DNA from: Pirellulales bacterium
GTDB taxonomy: Bacteria > Planctomycetota > Planctomycetia > Pirellulales > PALSA-1355
Assembly (NCBI GenBank): GCA_963733035.1
Contig: CAVTBU010000004.1
Span: 160,001-224,000, forward strand
DNA: 64,000 bases
Direction of reading: 5' to 3'
The first letter of the stretch is position 1. The number at the start of each line of letters is the position of its first letter. The position numbers and the translations under genes are program-made. This document shows positions 34,474-46,015 of the stretch, in pieces. The notes under the pieces are model-generated. The model had not been told where the DNA came from and made no database searches. It saw nothing but the letters and a program-made list of their open reading frames with translations.

Positions 34474-35487
34474 TCAGCGCGTCGCCTCCGACTTCTCACT
34501 GGCAGATGTGCGCGTTTCCCGGTGCTCTCGCGAAAACCAATTCGCCACCTGGTTCCAGAACCCGCGGATCTCCTCAGCCGCTGTGGTTTTCCCGATATTG
34601 GCCTGCAGTTTGGTGATGTCGGCTTCGAGCTTTTTAACTTCGTCATCTTCTCGTTCGCCGACGACGCCGCGGTACAGCACTAACTGGTTCTTCGCCTCTT
34701 GGAGGTTGGCTTTGGCGGCCTCGATGCGCTGCTGCTTGATCATTTGCTCGGCAAGTTGCAGCGCCATTTGTGCCGCGACCAGCGGATTGTCCTGCTTGTT
34801 GACGACGTACGAGATCCCGTCCATTTGAGCAAGCTCCAATTGCTGGCGTGCCTCATCAGAATTGTCCGGCAAGGAATGGAGTGCCTTCATCAGCTTGCCC
34901 TCGACGTAATCCAACTCGAGCAGCACCGATGTGTGCAGTAGATCCGCCTCTGCCAGGCGAACCCCTGTTACGTTTGCCGCATCCCGTTTAGCGTCGGTCA
35001 GTGCCTCCACGACCTTCACCGCGACAAGCCCTTCATGGAGAGGAACCCGGTCATCCTGCACGTGGTCAACATCGCGGTACACCTCGTTCCCCTTGGAGTC
35101 TCGGACGATTGTCGTTACCTCCGTGGTTGGCAACAATTCGCGTATGATCTTCACCAGGCTCAGAGCTTCCTCTAGTTGAGACTTGGCGTCTTCCGGCTGG
35201 TCTTGGTCAATATTCTGAGCGGCTTCACTTAGATGCAAGAGAATGCGCGACGACAGCAGTGATGCCTGCCTGAAATCTTCGGGCGAAAGCAATCCTCCTG
35301 GCTTCTGCTCGACGGTGGTCCGGTACTTCGCACCGCTCCCGGTTGTGATCGTGGTCGGCGTGGCGGCCTTCTGCTCCCCGTCTTTGACTTCGTCGCCCAA
35401 CGCAACGGGGGCTGCAAGCATGAGCGAAGTGGCGACCAGCACACTCACCGTCTTGCATCGATTGCGGGCAAGAATGTTGGTCTTCAT
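34474..35487 (-). CDS. Secreted YfdX-like helical protein
   Basis: Signal peptide, GGAGG SD, helical repeats and NPLVAA..AL.LA segment resembling YfdX. Confidence 0.65.
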   Translation of the reverse strand: MKTNILARNRCKTVSVLVATSLMLAAPVALGDEVKDGEQKAATPTTITTGSGAKYRTTVEQKPGGLLSPEDFRQASLLSSRILLHLSEAAQNIDQDQPEDAKSQLEEALSLVKIIRELLPTTEVTTIVRDSKGNEVYRDVDHVQDDRVPLHEGLVAVKVVEALTDAKRDAANVTGVRLAEADLLHTSVLLELDYVEGKLMKALHSLPDNSDEARQQLELAQMDGISYVVNKQDNPLVAAQMALQLAEQMIKQQRIEAAKANLQEAKNQLVLYRGVVGEREDDEVKKLEADITKLQANIGKTTAAEEIRGFWNQVANWFSREHRETRTSASEKSEATR

Positions 35488-35544
35488 GAGTCTACCCTCC
35501 ATCCAAAACCTCGTTAGAAACCAATCATCCAGGTGTCGCCAACT

Positions 35545-35560
35545 TGCAAAGATAATGCCG
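35545..35560 (-). promoter_or_regulatory. Sigma-54 promoter
   Basis: CGGCATTATCTTTGCA, about 58 nt upstream of the YfdX-like start. Confidence 0.6.
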
Positions 35561-35721
35561 AATCGCAGCTGCTGGGGCATGCGGTATTTGGAACGCGCCC
35601 GATGGCCGAAGTCCTGGCCGGCCGGACATTATGACGCTCAACATGCCGGGGATACCCAGTCAATTTGTCATGTGAGACGAAAACTGGCGGTTCGGGCGAG
35701 TGATCGCTGGCGATTCGGAAA

Positions 35722-35737
35722 TGGCACGAGGATTGCA
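35722..35737 (+). promoter_or_regulatory. Sigma-54 promoter
   Basis: TGGCACGAGGATTGCA, full consensus match. Confidence 0.75.
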
Positions 35738-35795
35738 TCTCAATTACCTACATGGTGCTACTTATTGGATCGGTCTAGACTGAGGAGCCGTCCAG

Positions 35796-36221
35796 ATGCC
35801 TGCAACCGCAATCGAGCGGCCCAGTTCCCGACGAACGTCGCAAACAAACTCACGTCGTGCCGACAGGCGAGCGGCACAACGGACTTCGCAATCGCCAAGT
35901 TCCTCTGGCAGACCAGCAAGCAGGCGTTCAGCCTCTGGGCCTGGGCGCAGGTCCATCGCGCATGATCACGTGCCGTCACAAGCCTGGGTAGTAGCGCCGA
36001 GGACCGAAGAGCGGCTCGACACTGCCAGTTACTGGTCCGTGCCCGCCTTGCTCGTTAGTGTTGGTTACATCGTCGGGGCAATCTTGGCGATCCTCTTCGC
36101 GCTCGATCTCGCGATTGGGATGCCATTTTCACGGGCCAGCGTCGTTTTCGATGCCAGCGCGCTGCTATGCGGAACTACGCTGATTTACCTGAGCTGGGAC
36201 GCGTGGGACGCCGTTCGATAA
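35796..36221 (+). CDS. Small membrane protein with Arg/Ser-rich N-terminus
   Basis: GAGGAG SD, upstream sigma-54 motif, two C-terminal TM helices (LDLA..PF.RAS..FD). Confidence 0.65.
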   Translation: MPATAIERPSSRRTSQTNSRRADRRAAQRTSQSPSSSGRPASRRSASGPGRRSIAHDHVPSQAWVVAPRTEERLDTASYWSVPALLVSVGYIVGAILAILFALDLAIGMPFSRASVVFDASALLCGTTLIYLSWDAWDAVR

Positions 36222-36260
36222 CCGTCCACTATGGGACCGTGTATTCCATGATGCTCTTTT

Positions 36261-36698
36261 ATGACTCAACAAGATTCGCATCCTGACACACGCAGCGGCA
36301 CGCCGGCGATCGATAGGAGACAAAGATCAGACGAGCTCGGTCTGGAGCTTTTTCTGCAGCAGCCAGACTCGCAGGAGATGGCACAACTTCCGGTCTCCCG
36401 CGATGACGACGGCAATGTCATCTATCCCGAACTGGATGCGGATGGACACCACGTTCACTTTGAAATGGTCCCCATGCGCGGTGATTCGATGCTGTGGTTG
36501 ACCATTCGCCGGGGCACGGCCCCAGGGCTGGCCGCCACCTCACTGCGAAAGATCGCAGATCTGATCGATCGCCATGGGCTAAAGCTCCTCAACCTTTTCG
36601 AAGGCAATGAGGGTTCGTTTAGTTCCGACGGCGAGGTTGTGTCAGGACCCCTGAGGCTGAAATACGACGACAACGGAGACCTGATTTTCCCGGGATAA
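36261..36698 (+). CDS. Hypothetical acidic protein
   Basis: Co-oriented ORF; DDDGNVIYP / DDNGDLIFP internal repeat. Confidence 0.55.
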   Translation: MTQQDSHPDTRSGTPAIDRRQRSDELGLELFLQQPDSQEMAQLPVSRDDDGNVIYPELDADGHHVHFEMVPMRGDSMLWLTIRRGTAPGLAATSLRKIADLIDRHGLKLLNLFEGNEGSFSSDGEVVSGPLRLKYDDNGDLIFPG

Positions 36699-36756
36699 TT
36701 GTGCTGGACCTGCTCGACGCGAGAAGGAACTTACGATTCCCAGCGGAGGCGGAAAT

Positions 36757-37446
36757 ATGGCCGGAAGCTTGTATTTCACCCTGGGCGTTCACCACGATGC
36801 GACGCAAAAAAGGATTGCCACAGTGTACACCACCGTCATGCGCGATCTCGAAGTCGGCGGCTATGTAAGCACACCGATCCGCGCCGCCCAACGGGCCTTT
36901 TCCGTGCTCGGTCACCCGCCCTCGCGGCGAGTATATGACAATACCTTCGCCGGTATTGTGAACGAAGAAACGAGGGCGACTACACGCGACGAGTCCATCT
37001 TCACCCAACCGGCGCCTTCGCACCGGGCGGATTTAGGGGCTATGTCCCTTGCGCGCTCTTTTCGGACATCGCATCCATCGTTTGAAGAGATATTCGACCG
37101 TCTGTGGAGCAATTTCGCCGCACGGTCCAGGCCGAAAGCCGAGACGACACGCAGCCTGACAGTCGAAATCCCGATAACCAGGGACCAGGCCATGACGGGC
37201 GGCGCAGCTGAGGTGATGGTCCCGGCGCTGGTCGAATGCGGCGTGTGTCGGGGGACCGGCGGTGTTGGCACTTTCCTGTGCGCTCGGTGCGATGGCCGTG
37301 GAGCTGTGGCCGGTGAGTACCCTCTTCGGGTCGCATTCCCGCCAGGACATGCTCAATACACAGTACAAGTGCCTTTGAGTTCGCTCGGCATTCAAAACTT
37401 CTACCTGACCGTGCACTTTCGGATGACTGGCATTCAAGACTTTTGA
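36757..37446 (+). CDS. DnaJ-like protein with degenerate J domain and one zinc finger
   Basis: LY.TLGV..DA...AF.VL..P..R..YD without HPD; CGVCRGTG and CARCDGRG. Confidence 0.75.
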   Translation: MAGSLYFTLGVHHDATQKRIATVYTTVMRDLEVGGYVSTPIRAAQRAFSVLGHPPSRRVYDNTFAGIVNEETRATTRDESIFTQPAPSHRADLGAMSLARSFRTSHPSFEEIFDRLWSNFAARSRPKAETTRSLTVEIPITRDQAMTGGAAEVMVPALVECGVCRGTGGVGTFLCARCDGRGAVAGEYPLRVAFPPGHAQYTVQVPLSSLGIQNFYLTVHFRMTGIQDF

Positions 37447-37477
37447 CATTGCACTCTTCACTGCCGCTGAAGACACC

Positions 37478-38839
37478 TCACGATTCCAGCCGGTATTCCT
37501 GAATCTTCCGCTGCAGCGTCCGCACGCTGATGCCCAGCGAATTGGCCGTTCGCACGCGATGCCCGTCGTATTCCTCAAGTGTCCGCCGGATTGCTTCCTT
37601 CTCCAGCTCCGCAAGAGTCATTCCCGGCTTCAGCACCGCTTGTACTGGGTTCGCTCCGGTGATATGGGGCGGGAGGTCGCCGAGTTCGATGCGATCCTTG
37701 AGGGACAACACGATGATGCTCTCCAGGGTGTTACGCAACTCGCGAACATTGCCAGGCCAGGCGTAGGCGTGGATGGCTTCCAACGCCTCGGGGGTGACGT
37801 CGTGGACCGGTCGGTTATTGTCCTTTGAGATTTGATCGATGAAGTGCCGAACGAGCAGGTCAATATCCTCCCGCCGATCACGCAAGGGAGGCAGCGAGAT
37901 TTCCACCACACGAAGACGGTAAAACAAGTCTTCGCGAAACTGGCCGGCGTCGACCCGCTGCTTCAAGTCGCGATTCGTGGCCGCTACCAATCGCACGTCT
38001 ACTTCGATCTCGCGGGTGCTGCCAACGGGCAATATCCTTTTGTCCTCGATGGCTCGCAGCAGCTTGCTCTGCAATCCGAGCTGCAATTCGCCGATCTCAT
38101 CGATAAACAGCGTCCCTCCCGCGGCAGCCTGAAACAGTCCCTCACGTCGGTTGGTAGCGCCGGTAAATGCGCCCTTCTCGTGGCCGAAGAGCTCCGCCTC
38201 GATGAGTGTCTCTGGAATCGCGGCGCAGTTGACCGGCAGAAACGGCTGATCTCGCCGGTTGCTGTGCTCGTGCACTGCTCGCGCGGCCAGTTCCTTGCCG
38301 GTCCCGCTCTCGCCGACGATCAGCACGGTGGCATTGGTATCCGCGACGAGCTGAATCTTTTCAAATACCTTGCGCATCGCCTCACATTGGCCGATGAGCT
38401 TGCCCAGCGCGCGGCGATTCTTGATTTGAGCGTGCAATCGGGCAATCTCCTCGGCCATCGTCTGCTTTTCGACAGCTTGCCGAATCCGGTGGGTCAATTC
38501 TTCCGGCTTCACCGGCTTGGTCAGATAGTCGAACGCGCCTAGCTGCAAGGCATTGACCGCCGAATCGACGGTTCCATGAGCCGTCACCATGATCACCGCG
38601 GCATGCGGGGCCTCTTGCCGCGAGAACTTCAGTAGCTCCAGTCCGTCGGTGCGTGGCATCTTCAGGTCGGTCACGATCACGTGAATGCCGTCGTGAATGT
38701 GACCCATGGCCTCCTTGCCATCGCGGACCGCGACGACCTCGAACCCTTCCTCGGTGAGCCATTCGCCGATTGCCTCGCGGCTCATCCGGTCGTCATCGAC
38801 CAGCAAAATGCGGTATTTGGATGTGCTGCCGCGCGACAT
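37478..38839 (-). CDS. Sigma-54-dependent response regulator (NtrC family)
   Basis: REC domain, [29 protein letters not shown], Fis-type HTH. Confidence 0.95.
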   Translation of the reverse strand: MSRGSTSKYRILLVDDDRMSREAIGEWLTEEGFEVVAVRDGKEAMGHIHDGIHVIVTDLKMPRTDGLELLKFSRQEAPHAAVIMVTAHGTVDSAVNALQLGAFDYLTKPVKPEELTHRIRQAVEKQTMAEEIARLHAQIKNRRALGKLIGQCEAMRKVFEKIQLVADTNATVLIVGESGTGKELAARAVHEHSNRRDQPFLPVNCAAIPETLIEAELFGHEKGAFTGATNRREGLFQAAAGGTLFIDEIGELQLGLQSKLLRAIEDKRILPVGSTREIEVDVRLVAATNRDLKQRVDAGQFREDLFYRLRVVEISLPPLRDRREDIDLLVRHFIDQISKDNNRPVHDVTPEALEAIHAYAWPGNVRELRNTLESIIVLSLKDRIELGDLPPHITGANPVQAVLKPGMTLAELEKEAIRRTLEEYDGHRVRTANSLGISVRTLQRKIQEYRLES

Positions 38840-39894
38840 CAGGTTCCTTCTCCGTGGGATTCGCTGAATTGCCGGGCCGCCAGGGCGAGCGGCGCCTCGA
38901 CACGGCGCACGTTGGGAAGTTCGATGGTAAACGACGTGCCTCGGCCAATCTGCGACGAGCAGCCTACCCGTCCGCCCAAATCTTCGATTGTTCGCTGAAC
39001 GATTGCCAGCCCAAGTCCCGTTCCCTCCGACTTCGTGGTGAAATAGCTTTCGAAGACGCGGGGCATGTCCGTTGGCGATATCCCGTCACCCGTGTCGCGC
39101 ACGATGATCTCGACACCCGATCGATTCTCGCGACATGTAATGCTGAGCGTCCCGCCGCTGAGCATTGCCTGACGTGCATTGACGACGAGATTAAGCAAGG
39201 CCCGCTGAAACTTGCGGCGATCGACAAGCAGATGCACGCCTTGCTCCAGTTCGAGTTCGAGGCGAATGTTCGCACGCTCCAAGTCGAGAGCCTCGAACTC
39301 GGTTACGCTCTTGATGAGTTCGGCCGCGTCGAGATCTTCGAGCTCATCCGCTGCCGGACGCGCGTAAGTCAAAAAATCGTTCAAAAGTTCCTCCATCGCC
39401 TGGATTATCTCGTCTAGTTTCTCCACGCGCGTTGACAGAGCGTGATCGTCGCGAGTGGCTTTGCGCAACAGGCCAACGCGCGACTGCAGTGCGTGCAGAT
39501 GGTTGCGCATCTCGTGCGCCAGCCCGCCCGATAAAAGTGCTAGGTCGGCCAAATTCCGCGTTCGCGCTTTGGACGCGCGCTGCTGCCGGTCACCACGAAA
39601 CAACCGCTGGACAAGGTAGATGCCCGCGATGAGCAGTACAAACTGAACAGCGACATTCAACCAGATAGCGTCGAGAATCTGGCCGCGCAGCGTCTCTGGG
39701 CTGACTGTCCCCAACGTGATTGATGTAAAGACGCCAGCACCGGCCAGAACGACGATGCAGAGAATGATGAGCCAGAGCGCGGGACTGGGGAGCTTTTCCA
39801 TAATCTCATCATCAGCGCCCAGCAGAAGTCGGGCATACCGACGATCGGCTGAATGGGCGCAGAACTGCTCTAATCGGCCAATGCTACTCGGCAT
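38839..39894 (-). CDS. Membrane sensor histidine kinase (start 39894 or 39801)
   Basis: Two TM helices, LAHEMRNHL H-box, N/G1/F/G2 boxes. Confidence 0.88.
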   Translation of the reverse strand: MPSSIGRLEQFCAHSADRRYARLLLGADDEIMEKLPSPALWLIILCIVVLAGAGVFTSITLGTVSPETLRGQILDAIWLNVAVQFVLLIAGIYLVQRLFRGDRQQRASKARTRNLADLALLSGGLAHEMRNHLHALQSRVGLLRKATRDDHALSTRVEKLDEIIQAMEELLNDFLTYARPAADELEDLDAAELIKSVTEFEALDLERANIRLELELEQGVHLLVDRRKFQRALLNLVVNARQAMLSGGTLSITCRENRSGVEIIVRDTGDGISPTDMPRVFESYFTTKSEGTGLGLAIVQRTIEDLGGRVGCSSQIGRGTSFTIELPNVRRVEAPLALAARQFSESHGEGT

Positions 39895-40264
39895 ACATAG
39901 TGGCTTTGCGCAAGAAACGCGGGACCGCCGATAGAAGCAGTGTCGCGGAGACCGGCTTCCGCAGGAACCCGGTTGCCCCCATCGCCAGGGCTTGATCGCG
40001 AAACGAAGTGCGCTCTTCAGTGCTGACGACAATGACCGGCGTGTGCGCGTCTCTTCGGCGAAACTCTGCGAGCAGGTGAAGGCCGCTGTAGTCCGGCAGT
40101 TGCACAGCGATGAAGACTAGGGCTGGGGACGCAGACGCGAGGCGATTGCTGCCTTCCTCGGCGCTGGTCGCCGCCCATACGGAATAGCCATCGTTAGTTA
40201 GGGCTTGAGTAGCCGTGTTGAGCCACTCCTGGTCGTCGTCAATGATGGCTATTTCATCAGTCAT
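39884..40264 (-). CDS. Single-domain response regulator, atypical (Ala at the phospho-Asp position)
   Basis: IIDDD, LVFIAVQLP in place of ..LD..LP, KP; AGGAG SD. Confidence 0.8.
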   Translation of the reverse strand: MTDEIAIIDDDQEWLNTATQALTNDGYSVWAATSAEEGSNRLASASPALVFIAVQLPDYSGLHLLAEFRRRDAHTPVIVVSTEERTSFRDQALAMGATGFLRKPVSATLLLSAVPRFLRKATMYAE

Positions 40265-40349
40265 CGAGGCCGATCTCCTGCGCGGCCGCGTCGTCGACAC
40301 GTTGGCCTTTAGGGTCGGTAGTAGTAGAAACCCAACGCCCCACCGCTTG

Positions 40350-40365
40350 AGCGAATCCGGTGCCA
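40350..40365 (-). promoter_or_regulatory. Sigma-54 promoter of the RR-HK-NtrC operon
   Basis: TGGCACCGGATTCGCT. Confidence 0.65.
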
Positions 40366-40530
40366 ACTCGGTTTTGAAGCCTGGAACCATGGGCGTTTCG
40401 ACGCCGAATCCGTAGCAGTGACATTCTGGCCGACGTCCCGTCGGCTTGCAGGCGACAATTTGGCCGGTTTCTTGCATGGGTTTGGTCCCGGCAACTTGCG
40501 GATCGAACCCATAGCGGGATCGTGCGTAAC

Positions 40531-40546
40531 GGGAACAAGTTTTGCT
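40531..40546 (+). promoter_or_regulatory. Possible sigma-54 promoter
   Basis: GGGAACAAGTTTTGCT (GG-N10-GC) upstream of the CheB/CheR hybrid. Confidence 0.45.
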
Positions 40547-40666
40547 ATGCCCCCTAAAGCAACCTTTTGCACACGGAATACGATCACGCATTTTTAGGAA
40601 TCGCAATTCAGCTAGCACGTTTTCGAGACGAAGGAGTCCGACTCACCTCTGCCGAGGGCAGCGATC

Positions 40667-43600
40667 ATGGACGAACTGTTGCAGAACTCCGTGCCTCGTG
40701 ACGACGCGCGCAAAGCGGATCACGCTGCCGCTCAGCTGACCTCCTCGATTGATGCTCAAGCAGTGGCTCCAGCGAGTTACTATGTCGTGGGCGTTGGCGC
40801 GTCGGCCGGGGGCCTAGAGGCACTGGAGCAATTTTTCGAACACATTCCGCCGGATTCCGGCATGGCGTTCGTGGTGGTCCAGCACCTTTCGCCCGATTTC
40901 AAGAGCCTAATGGACGAGCTGCTTTCGCGGCACACCGAGCTGGCGATTCATCGGGTTGAAGACGGAATGGCGGTCGAGCCAAATGCCATCTATCTCATTC
41001 CGCCCAAGAAGGAAATGATCATAGCAGGCGGGCGGCTGTTGCTGACCGACAAAGATCCGTCGACCGGCTTGAGCTTGCCGATTGATACGTTCTTTCGTTC
41101 GCTGGCTCAAGATATGGGCCAACGAGCCATCGCTGTCGTTCTCTCCGGCACTGGCAGCGACGGCTCCCGTGGCGTCCGGGCAATCCATGAAGCTGGCGGC
41201 TTGGTGATTGTCCAGAACGAGGAGACGGCCAAGTTTGACGGGATGCCGCGCAGTGCGGTTGAAACGGGAGTCGTCGACCTCATGCTGGCCCCGGCGGCGA
41301 TGTCCAAAGCGCTCCTCAACTATATCCAACACCCGGTGCACGGTCGGAAAGGAGGAGACACGTCGGACAACATCACGTCAGAAACAGACATGAATGCCGT
41401 CTATGGCCTGCTGCGCGGCGAATACGGCATCGACTTTTCTCACTACAAACCGAATACAGTCCTTCGCCGCATCGATCGGCGCCTACAACTGAACCGATCA
41501 GACGATCTGGCGGAATACGTCAAGCAGCTGCGAGCCGATCCGCGCGAATTGAATTCGTTGTACAAGGATCTCCTGATTGGCGTGACACGCTTCTTCCGCG
41601 ACCCAGGCCTATTTGAGCGGCTTGCGCAGGAAGTGATTCCCGACATCCTCGCCAGTGTTCCCGTTGACGATGAGATTCGCGCGTGGGTCGCCGGATGCGC
41701 GACCGGAGAAGAAGCCTATTCGTTGGCGATCTTGATTCATGAGGCGCTTACGGCCGCCGGTCGCCCAGTAAACGTAAAAATCTTTGCCACGGACGTGCAT
41801 CGCGCAAGCCTCGAATTTGCGAGCGCTGGTGTCTACCAGGAGGACGCGCTGACGGAGGTCTCGCGTGAACGCCTCGATCGTAACTTTACCAAGCAGATGT
41901 CGGGATATCAGGTTTCACAAGACCTCCGAAAAATGATCGTTTTCGCGCCGCACAACGTGATCAAAGATGCCCCATTTACGAAGCTAGACCTGATTAGTTG
42001 TCGAAACCTGCTGATCTATCTGCAGCCCCACGCACAAAATAAGGCTCTGTCGCTATTCCACTTCGGCCTTAAGACGCGGGGTGCCTTGGTTCTCGGGCCC
42101 AGCGAGAGCCCGGGGGATATTTCCGACGAGTTCGAAACGCTTGATAGTCATTGGAAAATCTACCACAAACGCCGCGATGTACGCCTGCCGACAGACATGC
42201 GGCTGCCGTTGTCGCCGCTCTTGCCACAGATGCAGGCTGTGAGTGCCGGGCTTCGCACATCAAAGCCGGTTTATCCGGAGCCGAATCTTGTCAAAGCCTA
42301 TGACGAGCTATTGGGAGCGTATGTGCCGCCGAGCTTCCTTGTGAATGCCCAGCGTGAATTGCTCCACACGTTTTCAGGCGCGGGAAGATTTCTGTCGGTT
42401 CCTGATGGCAGGCCATCACAAGACCTGCTGGATATGCTCGACCATGATTTACGGCTGGCCATCTCGGGCGCCCTGCAACGGGCCATGAAAGAAAACGTTG
42501 CCATCGCGTACGGCGGCGTTGCCCGCCAGACGGGCAGTGATGAAAGGCTCAAGGTCTGCGTTCGTCCGCTTCCCATTCGGACATCGGACGATACGTACTT
42601 CCTTATCTCTCTCGAACCGGAAGTCCGGTCACAGCAGCCGGCGCAGTCCGTCAGCCAACTTGACGTCGATGCAGCATCACACAAGCGCGTTGGCGAGTTG
42701 GAAGAAGAGCTTCGTTATACGAAGGAAAACCTGCAAGCAACCGTCGAGGAGATGGAGACGACCAATGAGGAGCTCCAAGCGACCAACGAAGAGCTGGTTG
42801 CGTCGAACGAGGAATTGCAGAGCACCAATGAGGAGCTGCATTCGGTCAACGAAGAACTCTACACGGTCAACGCGGAATACCAGCGAAAGATCACCGAGCT
42901 GACAGAGTTGACCGATGATATGGACAACCTGCTCCGCAGCACGGATGTGGGGACGATCTTCCTGGATCGCGATCTCCTGATCCGCAAATTTACGCCCAAG
43001 ATCGCCCACGCGTTTCAGCTACTGCCCCAGGATGTCGGCCGCCGGATCGACAGCTTTGCGCACAACATCCTTCACGACGGCCTCCTGGACGACGTAAGTC
43101 ATGTGCTAGAGACCGAGGAGCCCTTCGAGCGCGACGTGCAAGACCGATTCGGCCAATGGTTCTTGCTGCGGATTTTGCCCTATCGGTCGAAGGGACGCGT
43201 CGAGGGCGTTGTGGTCACCTTGATTGACATTTCTCGCATCAAGAAGACCGAGGAGGAATTGCGGCGAGTTTCCAAGGTTTTCATGGATGGCGCTGATCCC
43301 ATCATCATCGAGGACATGTCTGGCCGGATCATAGACCTTAACCGCGAGGCCGAACGCGCCTACGGTTGGGCGCGGGCGGAACTGCTGAACAAGAGCATCG
43401 ACGTTCTGGTACCCCCCGAATGCCGGGCGGAAGCGACTGCTCTGCGCGAACAATGCGTTGTCAACGATTCCGTACGGAATGTGGAATCCACGCGCACGGA
43501 TCGGTTCGGCAACTCGAGCCCCGTGTTGCTGACGTTTTCGCTGCTCCACGATGACACGGACCAACCTGCGGGCATCGCGAGCATCGCCAAGGACATTTCT

Positions 43601-44725
43601 GCCCAAAAGAAAGCGGAAGCAGAAGCGCGGGAGGCAGCCAGGCGTCGGGATCAGTTTCTCGCCATGTTGTCGCACGAGCTGCGAAATCCCCTGGGAGCCA
43701 TGCTCAATGCGACCCGACTGTTTAGCCACGCTGGCAATGACGCTGAAGCTCGCCAGCGGGCATGCGCGGCGATCGAGCGCCAGTCGAAGCAAATTGCTCG
43801 CCTGCTGGACGATTTGTTGGATGTCGCGCGGGTCACACAAGGAAGAATCCACATTCGAGAAGAAGTCGTGGACCTGTGCACGCTAGCGCGCGAGGCGATT
43901 CAGGTGATGCAGCCTCAGATCGATGGCTCCCAGCACAAGCTTGTGCTGGACGTTCCAGATCAGCCCATCTACGTCGTGGGCGATTCCGCGAGGTTGCTTC
44001 AAGTCCAAGAGAATCTGTTGGCCAATGCGACGAAGTATACACCTGCTTGTGGCGAGATTTGCGTTTCCATTCGTCAAGAAGATGGCGAAGCAGTGCTGAA
44101 CGTGAAGGACAATGGCGTCGGCATCGACCCCGAGATGCAGGAGAAGATCTTCGATCTCTTCGTTCAAGCGCCGAAAACGCTTGAAAGTGCGGACGCCGGC
44201 ATGGGTATTGGACTGACGATGGTGCAAACGATCGTTAAGCTGCATGGCGGGCGGGTCGTTGTGCGTAGCGAAGGCGTCGGCAAAGGGAGCGAATTTGAGG
44301 TTCGCTTGCCATTGACGGAAAGGCGACCGGTCGAATCTGATACCGGCCTGCCTGCTCAGGCTGACCACCTCCGTGTTTTAATCGTCGAGGACAATTCCGA
44401 CAGCCGCGAATTACTCAAGTCACTGCTACGAATCGATGGCTATGAAGTATCCGCAGCTCCCGACGGCTTGCAAGGCTATGAGGCGATTATTAAGGAGCGG
44501 CCCGATGTCGCACTTGTTGATATCAATCTTCCCGGGATTGATGGATACGAAATCGCCAGAAGAATCAGGGCCGATCAGGCGCATCGGTCGGTTCGCCTCG
44601 TGGCGCTGACAGGATACGGGCGGTCGGTGGACCGCGACGCGGTCTTTGCAGCGGGCTTCGATGAGCACCTTGTGAAGCCTGTTGCTCCGGAGGATCTAGA
44701 GCGCGCGCTACGCAAGCCCCGATAA
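40667..44725 (+). CDS. CheB-CheR-coiled coil-PAS-histidine kinase-REC hybrid
   Basis: GASAGG/QHL/GSDG (CheB), [10 protein letters not shown] and CRNLLIY (CheR), NEELQ repeats, [11 protein letters not shown]. Confidence 0.93.
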   Translation: MDELLQNSVPRDDARKADHAAAQLTSSIDAQAVAPASYYVVGVGASAGGLEALEQFFEHIPPDSGMAFVVVQHLSPDFKSLMDELLSRHTELAIHRVEDGMAVEPNAIYLIPPKKEMIIAGGRLLLTDKDPSTGLSLPIDTFFRSLAQDMGQRAIAVVLSGTGSDGSRGVRAIHEAGGLVIVQNEETAKFDGMPRSAVETGVVDLMLAPAAMSKALLNYIQHPVHGRKGGDTSDNITSETDMNAVYGLLRGEYGIDFSHYKPNTVLRRIDRRLQLNRSDDLAEYVKQLRADPRELNSLYKDLLIGVTRFFRDPGLFERLAQEVIPDILASVPVDDEIRAWVAGCATGEEAYSLAILIHEALTAAGRPVNVKIFATDVHRASLEFASAGVYQEDALTEVSRERLDRNFTKQMSGYQVSQDLRKMIVFAPHNVIKDAPFTKLDLISCRNLLIYLQPHAQNKALSLFHFGLKTRGALVLGPSESPGDISDEFETLDSHWKIYHKRRDVRLPTDMRLPLSPLLPQMQAVSAGLRTSKPVYPEPNLVKAYDELLGAYVPPSFLVNAQRELLHTFSGAGRFLSVPDGRPSQDLLDMLDHDLRLAISGALQRAMKENVAIAYGGVARQTGSDERLKVCVRPLPIRTSDDTYFLISLEPEVRSQQPAQSVSQLDVDAASHKRVGELEEELRYTKENLQATVEEMETTNEELQATNEELVASNEELQSTNEELHSVNEELYTVNAEYQRKITELTELTDDMDNLLRSTDVGTIFLDRDLLIRKFTPKIAHAFQLLPQDVGRRIDSFAHNILHDGLLDDVSHVLETEEPFERDVQDRFGQWFLLRILPYRSKGRVEGVVVTLIDISRIKKTEEELRRVSKVFMDGADPIIIEDMSGRIIDLNREAERAYGWARAELLNKSIDVLVPPECRAEATALREQCVVNDSVRNVESTRTDRFGNSSPVLLTFSLLHDDTDQPAGIASIAKDISAQKKAEAEAREAARRRDQFLAMLSHELRNPLGAMLNATRLFSHAGNDAEARQRACAAIERQSKQIARLLDDLLDVARVTQGRIHIREEVVDLCTLAREAIQVMQPQIDGSQHKLVLDVPDQPIYVVGDSARLLQVQENLLANATKYTPACGEICVSIRQEDGEAVLNVKDNGVGIDPEMQEKIFDLFVQAPKTLESADAGMGIGLTMVQTIVKLHGGRVVVRSEGVGKGSEFEVRLPLTERRPVESDTGLPAQADHLRVLIVEDNSDSRELLKSLLRIDGYEVSAAPDGLQGYEAIIKERPDVALVDINLPGIDGYEIARRIRADQAHRSVRLVALTGYGRSVDRDAVFAAGFDEHLVKPVAPEDLERALRKPR

Positions 44726-44748
44726 TCTTGATCGCCCTTCAAGAAGTA

Positions 44749-44791
44749 GGGGGCGAGAGCCGCAGCGATATCCGCTGCTGGTCTCGCCCCC
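44749..44791. terminator. Strong hairpin between convergent genes
   Basis: GGGGGCGAGA/TCTCGCCCCC outer stem plus GCAGCG/CGCTGC inner stem. Confidence 0.55.
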
Positions 44792-44898
44792 AATAGCACG
44801 CTCAGGGCCGTTCCTTGCGGTTTCTTTCCTGTCCGTGGATGTCCGATCTGTGACCGGTCCGCTGGCATCGGTCGATGCCGACCCTGTTCGTGAGCTTC

Positions 44899-45672
44899 TC
44901 AGGCCGCTGTTGTTTCAGCCACGAACTCGTTGTGGATTGCGTCGACCAATTGCTCTGGATCAACCGGTTTCCGGAACCAGCGGTCAACCCCCTGAGGGCC
45001 GATCGTCACCTCGGCATCGGCCTGCTCAGTTCCCGTTACGGCGAAGATTCTTAGGGACTGATAGTCTGGGTTTTGGCGGATCGCTGAGACGGTCTGCCGG
45101 CCGTCGAATCTGGGCATCTTCATGTCCAGCAAGACGACATCGGGGCGATCGTTTGCGGACAGATGCACCATGGCCTGTAGTCCATCGATTGCCGTGTCGA
45201 CATGAAAGCCGCTGAGACGCAAATAGCCCGCCAGCAGCTCGCTTTCGTTGACGTCGTCTTCCACGAGCAATGCCCGACGCACTTTGCCGCCAGTTGTCGA
45301 GAGAGACGCGTCTGTTGATCCGCAAAACTCCTCCTCGAGCGATTTCAGCTCGTTGAAGATCTTGAAGATCGTCGGCTCAGAGTCGTCTGCTTGACCCGCC
45401 TCCAACATCCGCTGCAATAGCCGTAGACCGAGGGTGGCCTTCTGCAGCCGGTTGCGCACGGAATGTGTGAAGCGGTCGCTCTTGGCCGCCTGGTTTGCGT
45501 CCGCCGCACGGGTAGAGTCGCTGCCGACAAGTTCGTCTCGCAACACGGCGATATCTTTGGGGGCCTCGATGCCCAATCGCACCTTGTTGCCGACTACGCG
45601 CAGAATCTCAACCGTAATTCCAAGGGTGGGGAAAACGACCTTGTCGTTGCGTCCCCGAGAAAGAACAAGCAT
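44899..45672 (-). CDS. CsrA domain fused to a receiver domain
   Basis: MLVLSR...VRLGIEAP..I.VLR.EL then LLVEDD...LLDMKMP...KP; GGAGG SD. Confidence 0.88.
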   Translation of the reverse strand: MLVLSRGRNDKVVFPTLGITVEILRVVGNKVRLGIEAPKDIAVLRDELVGSDSTRAADANQAAKSDRFTHSVRNRLQKATLGLRLLQRMLEAGQADDSEPTIFKIFNELKSLEEEFCGSTDASLSTTGGKVRRALLVEDDVNESELLAGYLRLSGFHVDTAIDGLQAMVHLSANDRPDVVLLDMKMPRFDGRQTVSAIRQNPDYQSLRIFAVTGTEQADAEVTIGPQGVDRWFRKPVDPEQLVDAIHNEFVAETTAA

Positions 45673-46015
45673 GGGTGGGCCTCCATTCCCGCCGAGCCGT
45701 CGGCCGCCACTTGTGGCCTTACTGCAAATCGACGCGCTCTGGTGCGGTGAAGTCGTCTGACACGCCGGCCAAGGCCGCTGATCCAGGTCAGTCGCCGAAT
45801 AAAATGACTTTCGACGCTGTTCCAAGCGGCAGTCGCCAGCCCGACTTCCTTGTCGAGGCATCCACGTGGAGGTCCGTTCCACGCTGACCCGCAGGGTCAG
45901 GATCGATTTTTTTACGTTGCACCTGCGATCTGATCAAGACCGCTTTCCGATGAATCGAGGAGACGCTAGCAAGGCTTTCGGAATCAGCTTTGGCTCCAAA
46001 GCAATCCGTCGAAGG

